Source: Octopus vulgaris (lineage: Eukaryota). From it: a DNA stretch of 64,000 nucleotides. Each line of letters opens with the position of its first letter. Positions within the stretch are counted from its first letter, which is position 1. Made by a program: the position numbers and the translations under genes. The stretch covers positions 34,286,001 through 34,350,000 of the forward strand of contig OX597820.1 in the NCBI GenBank assembly GCA_951406725.2, written 5' to 3'. Below, one piece after another: positions 11,488-24,147 of the stretch. The notes under the pieces were generated by a model. The model made no database searches and was not told the origin of the DNA. It saw only the letters and a list, made by a program, of their open reading frames with translations.

Positions 11488-12369
11488 AATGTAAATTTAT
11501 ATCACGGACTCCACAATGTATCTGGGTTTCTGTGGCTGATATGTATTTATATTTTTTTAGATTTCAATTATTTCTGTGGGAGGTTTCGGAACGTAACACC
11601 CACGATTACTGGGTGTATGTAATCGAGGGATTACTGTATGTATGTAATCGAGGGATTACTGTATGTATATATATATGAGTGCACGTATATATGCATATGT
11701 ACACCAAATTTACTCATATGGCTTTTTAATTGACCTGAGGTTATATTAGGAGACACTTATTCAAGCTGCTGTATTTTGGGACTGAACCTGGAACTGTATG
11801 GTTGGTAAGTGGACTTCTTAACCACACAACCATGCCTGCACCTATTTTCCGTAATGAGATGCCTTCTACAAGATCCTTTTATGCCACCTCCCTCTGTATA
11901 TAGGACAATGTAAATATTTCTGATGAGCTGGTAATGACATGTGAAACTGATTGATTTGTTCTGTATTCTGTTCTGCAGAGAGACAGAAGGTTCAGTCACT
12001 ATGGTTCAGTCATAAGGTGGTTTTTTCTCTTTTTTGTTGTTGTTATATATTTGTACTGCATGTCCAAATATCTGTTGCAACATTCAAAGCAAGTTTAGAG
12101 TTTTCAAATAATCAGACCATCTTCCTTTGTTGCTTCCTTCTGCAGTAAGACGTGTGTCAAGGTCTTTTGTCCCTCCTCCCTCCTCTGCCACTATTCTTGG
12201 TGGCACTACAGAGAGTTCATGGGGCAGGGGTGGAGCTGGGTTTGCCCTTCCATCTCTGGTGAAACCATAAGAAGAAAGAAAAAGGTCACACTGTTTTCTT
12301 AACAATGCTCGGTGCAGAGTTAAAGGAAGTGTCATCGAGTTACCATGGTTACAGATGTGACACAGCAAC

Positions 12370-12416
<47 letters not shown>

Positions 12417-14511
12417 GCGAGCTTCCGACTGAGAAACTAAAGAATGGTTGTAGGTTAAACTGAAAGATCCTGCGAATTCTTGTTTGTTTCCTGTCATGAA
12501 CATGGTACTGTTGTTTGGCAACGAAATGCTAAGACACCTATACTCTCATAGATATGTACATGGACTTACTCACAAATACATATACACGTACACATTTTCC
12601 TCTCACACATACATACACACACACACACACACACGTAAGTACATGCTTGTGTACACATGCACATAAAGTTTATATGTGCAAACATTTTATGCTTACATTC
12701 CTACGTATGAAATGATGTGGGTGTGTGTTATATGTCAACAAAACACACACACACACACACACACCAGACACATGTAATGTATGTATATACATGTATTGCA
12801 CTACACATATACTACACACACAAACATGCATATACATATATACATGCATGTGTTCATGTGTTATGCACAACTGATTATGTGTGCTTGTGTATGTGTGTGT
12901 GAGAATATGCATACACATATATATGCACACACACACACACACACACACATATTTATGTATATGTCATCATCATCATCGTTTAACATCCGCTTTCAATGCT
13001 AGCATGGGTTGTATGTGTAAACATATGTGTAGTGTTTATATGTGTATATATGTATGTGATTGCATTTATGTGTGTATGTATGTGTATATATGCATGAATG
13101 TGCATGTGTCTATATGTGTGTGTGTGTGTGTGTGTGTGCATATATATATATGAAGGGAGAGAGAATGAGAAAGTGAAATAATTTGACATGCGTATATATG
13201 TGCATGTATGGCTATGTATGTATATATATATTTATATGTATGTATGTATGTATCTGTTATGTTTGACAGTTCAGCTTCCTCATAAATGAATGTGTACATC
13301 TATGTTACTGCATGCACAGTCATATCTATGTGTATGTGACTAAAATATGTATGTATGTGTATAAACATATAGCCATAACTACATGAAGGTGTGCGTGTGC
13401 ATGCACACACACACACACATACACACACACACTCTCTCTCTCTCTCATACACACCTCTTGAAGTAATGTTTCTCCACTTCCATCAACAGAACCCTTGTAT
13501 CTACTTCAAATTTGATTATTATTGTAACTACATACATGGATGTGTGTTTGTATATGTATGTATATGTGTGTATCTGTATCTGTGTATATATGTATTTGTG
13601 TAGATTTATATATACATATGTATGTGTGCATGTATTGCATTAAACTGCATACAATTGTGGGACTCTGGTTCGAGAGTTCCCAAGTCTTCTCTGATCTGGG
13701 GTAGAAGCCTCGTGTCAGGACCCCAGTTAGGGGTTCACTAGAATATATGATGGCCATCCATCTGAGCCTGGAGATGCAGAAATACTCTTGATTGGTGTCA
13801 GGATGCACAGTAAAACCATATAGGAGAGGGTCACTGATGTAAAACCCATGTCTTAATGTGATCACTGGTCATCTTGCTTTGACCTCTCACTAGATACTTA
13901 TTATGGAGACACAGTGATATTTGTGTTGTACAAGTATTTATCCCTGTAATCTGTCCTCTTTCTTGTTAACCCTCTCTTCCTTGGTAACCATGTACCTCTT
14001 CTACAGTAAGTCATGTTTCTGTCTCTCTGTCACATTCTATCCTTTCATCATTTGACACAAGATGGCCTCCTCCAACGCCCCCCCCCCCCCCTCAAAGATT
14101 CCATGTCTTACAAGTTGGTTGGCAACCCTGCCAGTGGCGGTATCCCTCAAAAAGCATCCAGTCCACACTGTAAAGTGGTTGGCATTTAGAAGGGCATCCA
14201 ACTATAAAAACCATGACAAAACTGACCTCACCTGTGCTAATGAAGCACAAGGAGATAGCAATCTTCTATGAAGATGGGGCAATCACCATGTGTATATATG
14301 TAGGTATGCATGTCATGTATTAATTGTGTATATATATGCACTCAGTTCCCTCTGCAGAGTAGTTGGTTTTAAGGAAGGGCATCCAGCTGTAAAAACCACA
14401 TCAAAACAGATGGAGAAGTCTGGTGCAGTCTTCTGCCTGGCCAGCTCCTGTCAAATTGTCCAACCCATTCCAGCATGGAAGGTGGATGTTAAATGATGGT
14501 AATGATGTATC

Positions 14512-14750
14512 CAGTGGTTCTCAACTGGGGGTCTACATAAGATTTTGCTGCTAAACTATATGTACAATAAATTACTTATACTTCAATGATAACAAAATAT
14601 TTTAACAATTTTGTTTTATACAATTCCTAATAATATTTAATTTTAAAAAATATAATAGGAATTTTTTTTAACATTGGATGGCTATGGGCGTCCATCTGAG
14701 TAAAATAGGGACCAAAGGGTCTATAAGTAAAAAGTGGTCAAGAAACACTG
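14512..14750. mobile_element. hAT-type MITE
   Basis: Imperfect TIRs cagtggttctcaac / gtcaagaaacactg, similar to the 19777-19995 termini; the TSD is degenerate. Confidence 0.65.
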
Positions 14751-15940
14751 CTATAATCCAATGACACATGGATGACCCTTTATGGTGACCTCAGTTGTAT
14801 CTCCGCCTACTGAAAGGGTGCCTATGTGCACAAACCTAACCAGATCTGCAGTGGGACTGAATAGTTGCCTGAGAGGTCATGGAGGGCAAGTCTGAAATGG
14901 CATTATTAATGAAGCACAAGGAGATAGCAATCTTCTATGAAGATGGGGCAATCACCATGTGTATATATGTAGGTATGCATGTCATGTATTAATTGTGTAT
15001 ATATTCATTTTTATTTGTGTATATATGTATGTATGTATGCATATATATATACTTATTTGTATTTGTGTATATATATATATGTATGTAATGTTTGTAATGT
15101 ATGCATGTGTATATTTGTGTATATGTGTATATATTTGTATTTGGGTACATATGTATGTGTGTGTGCATGTATATATACATGTAGTGTTTCTAATGAGGGC
15201 ATGTATGTATGTATGTATGTGTGTATGTGTGTGTGTGTATGTTCATACAGTCATATTAGTTTATGGGGGACAGATTTCCTCACAGTCTCCTCCTGCCAAA
15301 TTCCACTTTATTGATATTGCTCAACTTCACTCCACAGCAGAAGATAATTGCTCAAGGTACCCTGCAGTGGAACTGAACCCATGACTACAAATTTGCAATG
15401 TCTTATACAGATGGTTTTATATGTTCTTTTATTAGAAGCCAAAACTTACCTTTTCATAATATATGTGTTGAGCTTTGCCCACCCATAATTTTCAAACACA
15501 CACTCATGTGCACAAATATGAATATATATAAGGTGTACTGTTTCCAAAAGTCAGTACCATGTTGTATTGCGTTATTTCTACAGATATTGTGTAGAACTTA
15601 CAGGCCAGCACTAATTTTTGTTACATTTCGTATTGATGCACATGAGTGTGTGTTAGTAAATAGACAATGTGACCGAAGACAAAAGTGGGTAATGAATGTA
15701 TATGCCATAACCAACTATTGCCTCTGAAGACATTGCTTATAGAGCCACCACATACAGTGGTATGAAGTTATTGGATATACCATTTGCATATTAGACGCAT
15801 TCCTGGGGCTCATATGTAAACATTCAGCATATCTTATAGTATATTGTTTGCATAACGAAGTACCACATACCTACAAATCTTAAATGGTTACATATCTGTA
15901 GAAATAACCATAACAAAATAATATATACATACATACATAT

Positions 15941-15976
<36 letters not shown>

Positions 15977-16356
15977 GAACACACACATTTGTATACATAC
16001 ATAAACATGCGTACAGGCACATACATGGGAGGCAGAATTAAATTCCCTTTCAAAGAAAAGAAAAAGAACAACAAATTTCAAATATTTTTCTTTTACAACT
16101 TTGCTGCTGTGCTGCAAATATTCAGTGTCAGATTACATTAATTGAAGTTCTGCAACAATAATACTGCCCTGATTACATAGTCTGTACCTGGCTTCATTTA
16201 ATACATTTCAATAAGGGTTCTTTAGAGAATCAACAATGTGATGAACAATTTAGAAATTTTTTTTTTAGGAAAAAAGAAAAAAATGAAAGAATCAAAGATA
16301 ATCCAATATGCACCCCACCCTTTGTTCAAATATATATATGTAAGTATGTGTATATA

Positions 16357-16402
<46 letters not shown>

Positions 16403-16720
16403 TGTCATTGGAGTTTATAGATGAAAGTATGTAGGGAATTTTTCACAAGGAATGTTAGCATCTCACTTGAGGATTGAAACTGGCTCACTGTCTTTATTCA
16501 ATGAGGTCTTACAGCCAATTTTACAGCGCACGCATGCACCCCCACCCTCCACATGTACGGATATATATACATTCTTGTATGAAATGTTTTATTCGTATTT
16601 CCAGTATGGGATGTGGACATAGTATATTTCATACATAAATTATGTTAATGTTGACATTTCTGAGATTCCATGATGGAGCTGCATGGAGAAACCAACCATA
16701 CAAGATCTTTGTAGAATATT

Positions 16721-18364
16721 CTAGAGTTGACTGATTCTGCTGTCTGACGGTACTACTGAAGGTAACATTGACTGAGTTTCTTTCAGAGCAGTGTCTTTGT
16801 CAGCTCCGAGGCAGCACTGGCTGAGCATAGTACGAAAGGCTTTGTAAACTGTGGCATCTGTGAAAATAACTGTAAGGGGGAAGATAACTGTTGAGAGACC
16901 AGATAGAGCTGTGGTACAGATGAGGCTGTTGATGTAAGAATCCACAGAAATGAGACTACGAATGGCCTCTGTTAGATAGACTGGCATTATAGAAACAAGG
17001 AAGCTGATGAGCAAGATGACGCAGGTCTTGTAACACTGGGTCATGCTTACGTTATGGATCTCCTTGCTGATTGATGGGTGTGATTCTTCTTCCACCACTG
17101 ATTCAACCGTGATTCGTGGTGGTGCAGAAGACTTTTTGCCAATTGATTTAAATGATGTTGATGCTTCCTCGATGCTGGACGGTGTCCGAATACTTGGCTG
17201 TTGAAATGGATTTGGTGGCAGATCTTCAGCAGATTTGAATGATGATATACTGCTATGGCTTTTTGGATCTTCCAATTGGGCCTGCAATGCTGCGATATCT
17301 ACCGAAAACTTCCGGACATATTGATATCCTTGCGCCTGGGTCTGGTGGTCTGTGTAGCCATTGTCACCAATTTCTCCAAATTGGCAGATTGTGTGCCGCC
17401 TTCGACCGAACATTTGCAGGAATGCTCCTGAATTAAAGCTGAAGCTATTCTTCTTATGTGTTTGTGGATCACCTTGTGTCACTCCTGATGGATTATTGCT
17501 TACAAGTAACTGGTTTGGAGGATGGGAATTTTTTCGCAATGGTTTTGATTTCAGCTCTTTGTACTCGCCACCAGAATCACTTGGAGTCAACGTAGGCAGG
17601 GTTATGGAGTGTTCGGATGTGGAAGCTACAGAGTTTGCTCTGGGTTTTTCTATTGTCTTCTGTTTGAGTTTTACTGCCAGAAACAGAAGGCATTTAATGA
17701 GCAATAAGCCAATTAATATGGTAAGCACCAGGATCTTCATAAGGTAAGACTTACTATTGAGGATGTGATAAAATGATTGGCTGTCTGCAGATAGTTCGTA
17801 TGAATATGATAGCACACCATACAAAATACCAACAGCAAATCCTATGCTTAAAACCAATGGAAGCCCAATATAAACTAAGAACTTTCGACAGGCTTTTGAG
17901 CAACCATATTCACTCAGTAAGAACCAAAGAGCTATCAAAAACAACAGTCCAGCCTTGGTTGCAATTAAGAGTAGAAATAATGAATGTGTTGTCTCCTTCA
18001 TAGACAGGAACAATGTGTTACCATTATGATACATCAGTAGACAAATGATCTCCAATGGTGACCATATCACATTGAAAATGATGGCAATTATGAGGAGCGT
18101 AGCTAGCAGAATGTAGTAGTGATCCTTTATCAGACGGCCAATGGCCAATGTTGTAATTACAACACTACTGCTGAGGAATCCAACCACCGCTGTGAAAGCC
18201 AAAGCAAACATCGAGACAATTAAAGAATGTGCCCGAAATACCTGTGCTGCTCTTTCACTGTTTTCTCCCATGCTGTCATTAAATGTGGAAAGTATGGTGA
18301 CTGTAAGCATTTCTGGGAGACTGCCATTGCTTGGCACAGATTCCGATTCCTCGTTCATGTTCAT
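16721..18364 (-). CDS. Orphan seven-transmembrane (rhodopsin-like GPCR fold) protein with very long third intracellular loop
   Basis: 547-aa high-complexity uninterrupted ORF. N-terminal sequons (NGS, NDS), five hydrophobic helices at about aa 47-230 and a ~210-aa polar loop are followed by two more helices with Pro in TM6 (SIMP) and TM7 (IFP). A helix-8-like VYKAFRTML, a CC pair and a C-terminal -SQL follow. Confidence 0.9.
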   Translation of the reverse strand: MNMNEESESVPSNGSLPEMLTVTILSTFNDSMGENSERAAQVFRAHSLIVSMFALAFTAVVGFLSSSVVITTLAIGRLIKDHYYILLATLLIIAIIFNVIWSPLEIICLLMYHNGNTLFLSMKETTHSLFLLLIATKAGLLFLIALWFLLSEYGCSKACRKFLVYIGLPLVLSIGFAVGILYGVLSYSYELSADSQSFYHILNSKSYLMKILVLTILIGLLLIKCLLFLAVKLKQKTIEKPRANSVASTSEHSITLPTLTPSDSGGEYKELKSKPLRKNSHPPNQLLVSNNPSGVTQGDPQTHKKNSFSFNSGAFLQMFGRRRHTICQFGEIGDNGYTDHQTQAQGYQYVRKFSVDIAALQAQLEDPKSHSSISSFKSAEDLPPNPFQQPSIRTPSSIEEASTSFKSIGKKSSAPPRITVESVVEEESHPSISKEIHNVSMTQCYKTCVILLISFLVSIMPVYLTEAIRSLISVDSYINSLICTTALSGLSTVIFPLTVIFTDATVYKAFRTMLSQCCLGADKDTALKETQSMLPSVVPSDSRISQL

Positions 18365-19165
18365 TGTTCTTATGTTATCGTGTTTCTAGAAATACAGATA
18401 GCGATACATCTATTTTCCTTTTTTTTTTTTTTGCGAATATGTATATAATATCCGTGTTTGTTTCTCTCTCTCTTGATATATATATAGATATATTTATATA
18501 TACATATATTGATGAATATGTATAGATTTTTTCTGTACACACTGTATTTATATATAGGAATATGAATGTATATGTAAGCAAACAGATTCACATTTCTCTG
18601 TATCTGACCATCTTCAGATATTTCAGAAATACTTCAGAGTAGGTCCTGTATAGTTATTGGCTGTTACAATTTCCATTTCATACAAAATTTTCCATTAAAA
18701 TTATTTTGTTTTCTTTATATTTATTATTTTAACCATTTTCTTGAAATGTAGCATTCTGGGAAAAACTTAATGTGTTTGTTGATTGGTTGATAATATTCTG
18801 GGGAGGAGAGTGGGATGTTATCTGTGAGTTTGTGTCACTTGTCTTCCTTTTTTTCCTCAAATATATTTCTCAGATTTTTGGGTTATTTTTTGTGTCCTGC
18901 CGTTTTACAATCAAATATTTATCCTGTCATTGGTTATTGATGAATTATATACATATATATTGTTTTATTTCCATCTCTTTATCCAATTTCTTCTTTCTTT
19001 TCATTGCGAATTTTCAAAAAAAAAAAAAAAGGAAAGGATAAAAAAGTGTATATCCTTGATCAATCTTGGCTGTTGTTTTCAGAGAAGTCCTGAGTTTAAT
19101 TGAGTTCAGTGTTGTCAGAAATCTGAAAATAACAATATTAGAATAATGATAAAAATACATAAGTA

Positions 19166-19203
<38 letters not shown>

Positions 19204-19557
19204 TAATAAATTGATGATAACACATTAAAACAACAAAAACAGAATTTTATGATGATAGACCAAACAATGGAAATAAGAAAAACAAAAATATGACAACGAA
19301 ATACAACATTATTGTCAAATAAAATGAATGACGCATTCGATAATGCAGTCTTCACTACACTATGGCTGAAAATAGAAGGCACAGTGTATCTGAATGCTTA
19401 ACAAGTTTGCTTTGCCACCATAGCACCTCAGGTTTTCTACATTGCCTGGCATCTTGAACAAATTGTTGTTTTCTGTAATCCCAAATCAACCCAAACTTTG
19501 TAAGTGAAATTGGGAAAATGAAAGAAGTCTTACCAGTGGATTGTACCTATGGTTTAA

Positions 19558-20005
19558 CCCTCTAGTGTTCACATTATTCTGCCAAAATTAATGCTTCTTT
19601 ATCCGCATTGTTTTGAACTAATCATGCATTATCTTGTAGCTATGAGATTTCAATGAGGTAGCTGTTAATTTTTAAAACAATATTGTGGGGTTGGTGTGAG
19701 AGACCATAATTGGCCAGTTTGAACATAAAACAGGCAGAATACTTTTGGCAGGATATGGCCGGTTTAAATGCTAAAGCACTGCTTTTCAATCTTTTTGCTG
19801 GAGCGGAACCCCAAGGAAACATTCCGCTGGCTCGAGGAACCCCTGTGCAATAATTTAATAGTCTTATGCACACGTATCTGCACAGGAGAATTAAAAATTA
19901 CTGCCGATTTTAGCAGTTTTGTAACTTCTTGCAGAACCCCTAGACTGTACTGGCGGAACCCTAAGGTTCCGCGGAACCCTGGTTGAAAACCACTGTGCTA
20001 AAGGG
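19558..20005 (-). mobile_element. piggyBac-type (TTAA) MITE, family D, interrupted by a hAT MITE
   Basis: TTAA|ccct...aggg|TTAA termini; reverse complement of 45831-46051. Confidence 0.85.
19777..19995. mobile_element. hAT-type MITE with 8-bp TSD
   Basis: TSD tgctaaag at 19769-19776 and 19996-20003. Imperfect TIRs cactgcttttcaa / ttgaaaaccactg, with subterminal cggaaccc repeats. Confidence 0.9.
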
Positions 20006-20269
20006 TTAAAGGTCTAACCTTGTCATATACTGTGTCACACTGATTTTGCTTGGGTATTAAATTACAGCTTCACATATCAGAGGAATACGCAACCACTTAC
20101 ATGTTAATTCAGGTGCAGATAATTCTATTCATTACAACAACGGAATGCCCATTGTCAAATGACAGAGAGATTCACCATATCTGAAAATAAAAGACAGCTT
20201 GGTCACAGCCAGAATGCCTTTGTTCATAACTGCTCTGTTCAGTCACAGCAGGCCTAGGTTCAGAGGTCG

Positions 20270-20850
20270 CCAAGGTTAACTTTGACTTTTGTCCTTTTGG
20301 GGGGTCAATGAAATAGTTATCAGATGAGCACTGAGGTCGATGTAATCAACTAGACCCCCACCGCAGAAATTTCAAGCTTTGTGCCTAGATTATTATTATC
20401 ATGAACATGGCAGAATTGTTAGCTTGCTTGGCAAAATGCTTAGCCACATTATGTCTGTCTTTACATTCTGTGTTCAAATTCTGCTGAGGTCAACTTTGCT
20501 TTTTATCCTTTTGAGTTGATGTAATCAACCTACTTCCTCCCCTGAAATTGCTAGCCTTGTGCCAAAATTTGAAACCACTATTATTATTATTATTATCATC
20601 CTTATCATCATTATTATTATTATTATTATTGAAGGCGGTGAGCTGGCAGAATCATTTGCATGTTGGACTGAATGCTTAGCAGTATTTTACCCGTCGCTTC
20701 ATTCTGAGTTCAAATTCCACCGAGGTCGACTTTGCCTTTCATCCTTTTGGGGTTGATAAATTAAGTACCAGTGAAACAATGGGGTTGATGTAATCAACTA
20801 GTCCCCTCCACCACAATTTCAGGCCTTGTGCCTATAGTAGAAAGGATTAT
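20270..20850 (+). mobile_element. Cluster of three family A-related SINE copies
   Basis: Repeated gagttcaaatt...gactttgcctttcatcctttt...gatgtaatcaac blocks with (ATT)n tails. Confidence 0.8.
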
Positions 20851-21468
20851 TGTAGTATTTTATATTTAAAAAGGGTGCAAAAAGATGAAAAAAAAAAGTC
20901 AAACAGTGCTTCAACTCTGTGTGTGTGCATATGTATACATGTATATATGTATGAGTAGCATAGTCTGTAGTGAATGCGGTTTTCTATACTTTGTCACAGC
21001 CCGCTTCCTTCCTTTTTAAGTGTGTCTGTTTATATATGTATATGTGTGTGTGTGTATGTGTAAATGTGCATGTGTCTGTAATTCTATTTTCTAAATAAAC
21101 ATACACAAACACATATACACTCACTCAAATATATTAATATATTTTGCACAAATACATGCACACACACACAGATACATTCACATTCCTTCCTTTTACATGC
21201 ACACACATATATTCACTGTTTGATTTTTTATTTCACTGGTGACTTTTCACCATCCTACTTCCATCAGTGGATCACACCTTTCTTTCTAATTCATATGTTT
21301 TGATGGAGAAAGAAGACACACGACGCTCTCTTTGCCACTTCCTCTCTGTCATTGCTGTCACTTTCTCTCACTTCCTCTCAGTTATGGCTCTTACTCTCAC
21401 TACTTCTCCTTCACTGAATTACTATTCTCTCTCCTCTCCCGTCATCATTCACCCCTGCATGATTTTGG

Positions 21469-21511
<43 letters not shown>

Positions 21512-21566
21512 CACAAATATATAATAACACTATACTCATTATTACATTAGGAGATTATTATCATAA

Positions 21567-21750
21567 AGGTGGCAAGCTGGCAGAATTGTCTGGGATTACG
21601 TTCTGAGTTTAAATTCCACTGAGGTCGACTTTGCCCTTTATCCTTTTGGGGTTGCTAAATTAAGTACCAGTTGAGTACTGGGGTTGATGTAATCAACTAT
21701 CCCCTTCCCCCAAATTTCTGACCTTGTGCATATAGCAGAAAGGATTGATA
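21567..21750 (+). mobile_element. SINE family A-related
   Basis: aggtggcaagctggcagaa head and gaggtcgactttgcc...ttaagtaccag body. Confidence 0.8.
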
Positions 21751-21762
21751 TTATTATTGTTA

Positions 21763-22156
21763 GGCGCAGGAGTGACTGTGTGGTAAGTAGCTTGCTTATA
21801 AACCACATGGTTCTGGGTTCAGTCCCACTGCGTGGCACCTTGGGCAAGTGTCTTCTACTATAGCCTCGGGCCAACCAAAGCCTTGTGAGTGGATTTGGTA
21901 GATGGAAACTGAAAGAAGCCCATCGTATATATGTATATATATATATGTGTGTGTTTGTGTGTCTGTGTTTGAAACCCCAACATCGCTTGAGAACTGATGC
22001 TGGTGTGTTTACGTCCCCGTAACTTAGCGGTTCGGTAAAAGAGACCAATAGAATAAGTACTAGGCTTACAAAGAATAAGTCCTGGGGTTGATTTGCTCGA
22101 CTAAAGGCGGTGCTCCAGCATGGCTGCAGTCAAATGACTGAAACAAGTAAAAGAGT
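21763..22156 (+). mobile_element. Full-length tRNA-derived SINE, family B (CORE-like segment)
   Basis: A box tgtgtggtaag, B box gggttcagtccc, a ccttgggcaagt segment reminiscent of the CORE domain, an internal (TA)/(TG) microsatellite and an aaacaagtaaaagag tail. More than 10 copies occur in the window. Confidence 0.9.
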
Positions 22157-22372
22157 ATGCTGGGCAAAATGCTAAGTGACATTTCATCAGGCTTTATGTT
22201 CTGAGTTCAAATTCCTCCAAATGTCAACATTGTCTTTTATTCCTTTTGGGGTCAATAAACTAAGTACCAGTGAAGCATTGGTGTCGATTGACTAGTCCTC
22301 TCCCTACAAATTTCAGGCCATGTGCCTATAATAGAAAGGGTTATTATTATTATAATATCATTATTATTATTA

Positions 22373-22411
<39 letters not shown>

Positions 22412-22639
22412 TACTACTACTACTACTACTATTGTTATTATTATCGCAGTCATTGTCATCAACATCGTTTCCTTTTACTAATCATGACTCAATAACCACA
22501 ACAAAGACAACAACAACTACAAAAGAAACAAACAGTTTTTCTGTTTGAAATATTTACATACTTAAGGAGTTAGCGGAAGACAAGTGACTGGTTTGAATTA
22601 TTTGAAGCTACAGCCGTCTCCATTCATAGTCAGCAGTTT

Positions 22640-23180
22640 CACCACCAACACCACCACCACCATCATCATCATTATCATCACTACCATTGCCTTCATTCCC
22701 AACGTCACCTACTCAATTGCTGCTCACAGTCATCATCATCATCATCATCACTACCACAGTCAGCACCACCACTGTTGCCTTCATCCTGAACACCACCATC
22801 ATCATCATCATTGTTATTATTCACCATCATCACTATCATCATCATCATCATCATCATTATTCATTGTTGTTGTCATCACCAACACCACAACCACCACCAC
22901 CACTACTATGATCACCTACTACATCACTATTACCACCACCACCACAACGACAACCATGTTACCATCACGGTCACATTACCAGCGTTATCACAATCACCAC
23001 CATCACCAACCTCACCACTACAGTTGCTGCTACAATTACCCCTGCCACCCCCTACCCATCTTCCCTGGTATTCTGGCCACTGCCACTACCCCCCCTCACC
23101 ACAACTACCTGTACAGATGCCACACCCACAACCACGGCTGCCAAAGCCACCGCTCCTAACCTCACCACGACCAATACCAC
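22640..23180. repeat. (CAC/CAT)n low-complexity tract
   Basis: Directly visible. Confidence 0.9.
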
Positions 23181-23440
23181 TATCGTTCCAGTCTGAGAAA
23201 TATTGGCTGTAGAAATAACTAAAGGAATAGAAAAGACGTGACTTGAGTGTGTGCATGTGTTTGTGTGTGTGCGCGTGTGTGTGTGTTCATGAATCTGTGT
23301 TTGTGGACATGAATAACAGCATGAATGTGTGTGTATCTGTGTAGCGTTGCATGTGCATGTATATGCAAACGAAGATGTGTGTAAATATGTGTTTGTATTT
23401 ATGTGTGTATGCAAGTGAAGGTGTGCATAGATATACTTCC

Positions 23441-23478
<38 letters not shown>

Positions 23479-23949
23479 TGTATGTTGAACTAATACCATC
23501 ATATCAAGACCGTTCAAGTGAAAAAAAAAAAAAGGAACAGATTACATTGAAAAGATTTCAATATTTGAGTAACTGACATTGGTATTGGACATTTTGTAGT
23601 TGACATTCTATGTTGAACCACCACCATTATTATCATCATCATCATCTTCATCCTCATCATTTAGCATCTGTTGTCCATGCTGGCATAGGTTGAGAGGTTT
23701 GGCCAGGGCTGGTAAGCTGAGGAGCTGCACTGGACTCCAAGTCTGATTTGGCATGGTTTCTACAGCTGGATGCCCTTCCTAACACCAACCACTCTGAGAG
23801 TGTAATGAGTGCTTTTATGTGCCACCGGCATGGTTGCCAGTTTCATGACACCAATATCTATCACAACTACAATTTCACTTGGCTTGATGGGCAGAGTCTT
23901 GGTCATATGTCATTGCTTCCATTGAATGTCTTTGTATATATGTATGTTT

Positions 23950-24147
23950 GACTGCGTGTGTACCGTTGGCGATTTTTTGCCCTCTGTCTTCCCTTCCCTG
24001 GATCTTTCCTTCTCCTATGTTTCCGACGAAGAGCTCTGCTCGAAATGTTAAACCCTCCTTCTTTCCTTCTTTCCTGAGCGTCCAATAATACTATATTTGT
24101 TCCATGTCCTCGCGTTGTTGTGTTTTTTTGTGCTTTCTTGTTTGGAT

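Noticed and set aside
11915-11955. CTGATGAgc...gtGAAAC hammerhead-like string
   Set aside because: Stem II is only about 2 bp and stems I and III are not supported; could be chance or a heavily decayed relic.
16721-18364. Assigning a gene symbol (e.g. GPR161 or an aminergic receptor)
   Set aside because: No diagnostic motifs were recognised; the similarity is architectural only.
17239-18448. Plus-strand ORFs overlapping the 7TM gene
   Set aside because: Antisense shadows of the real CDS.
21638-22048. Recurrent ORFs such as RGYSRRHLPKVPRSGTEP
   Set aside because: Antisense translations of SINE family B, repeated wherever the SINE occurs.
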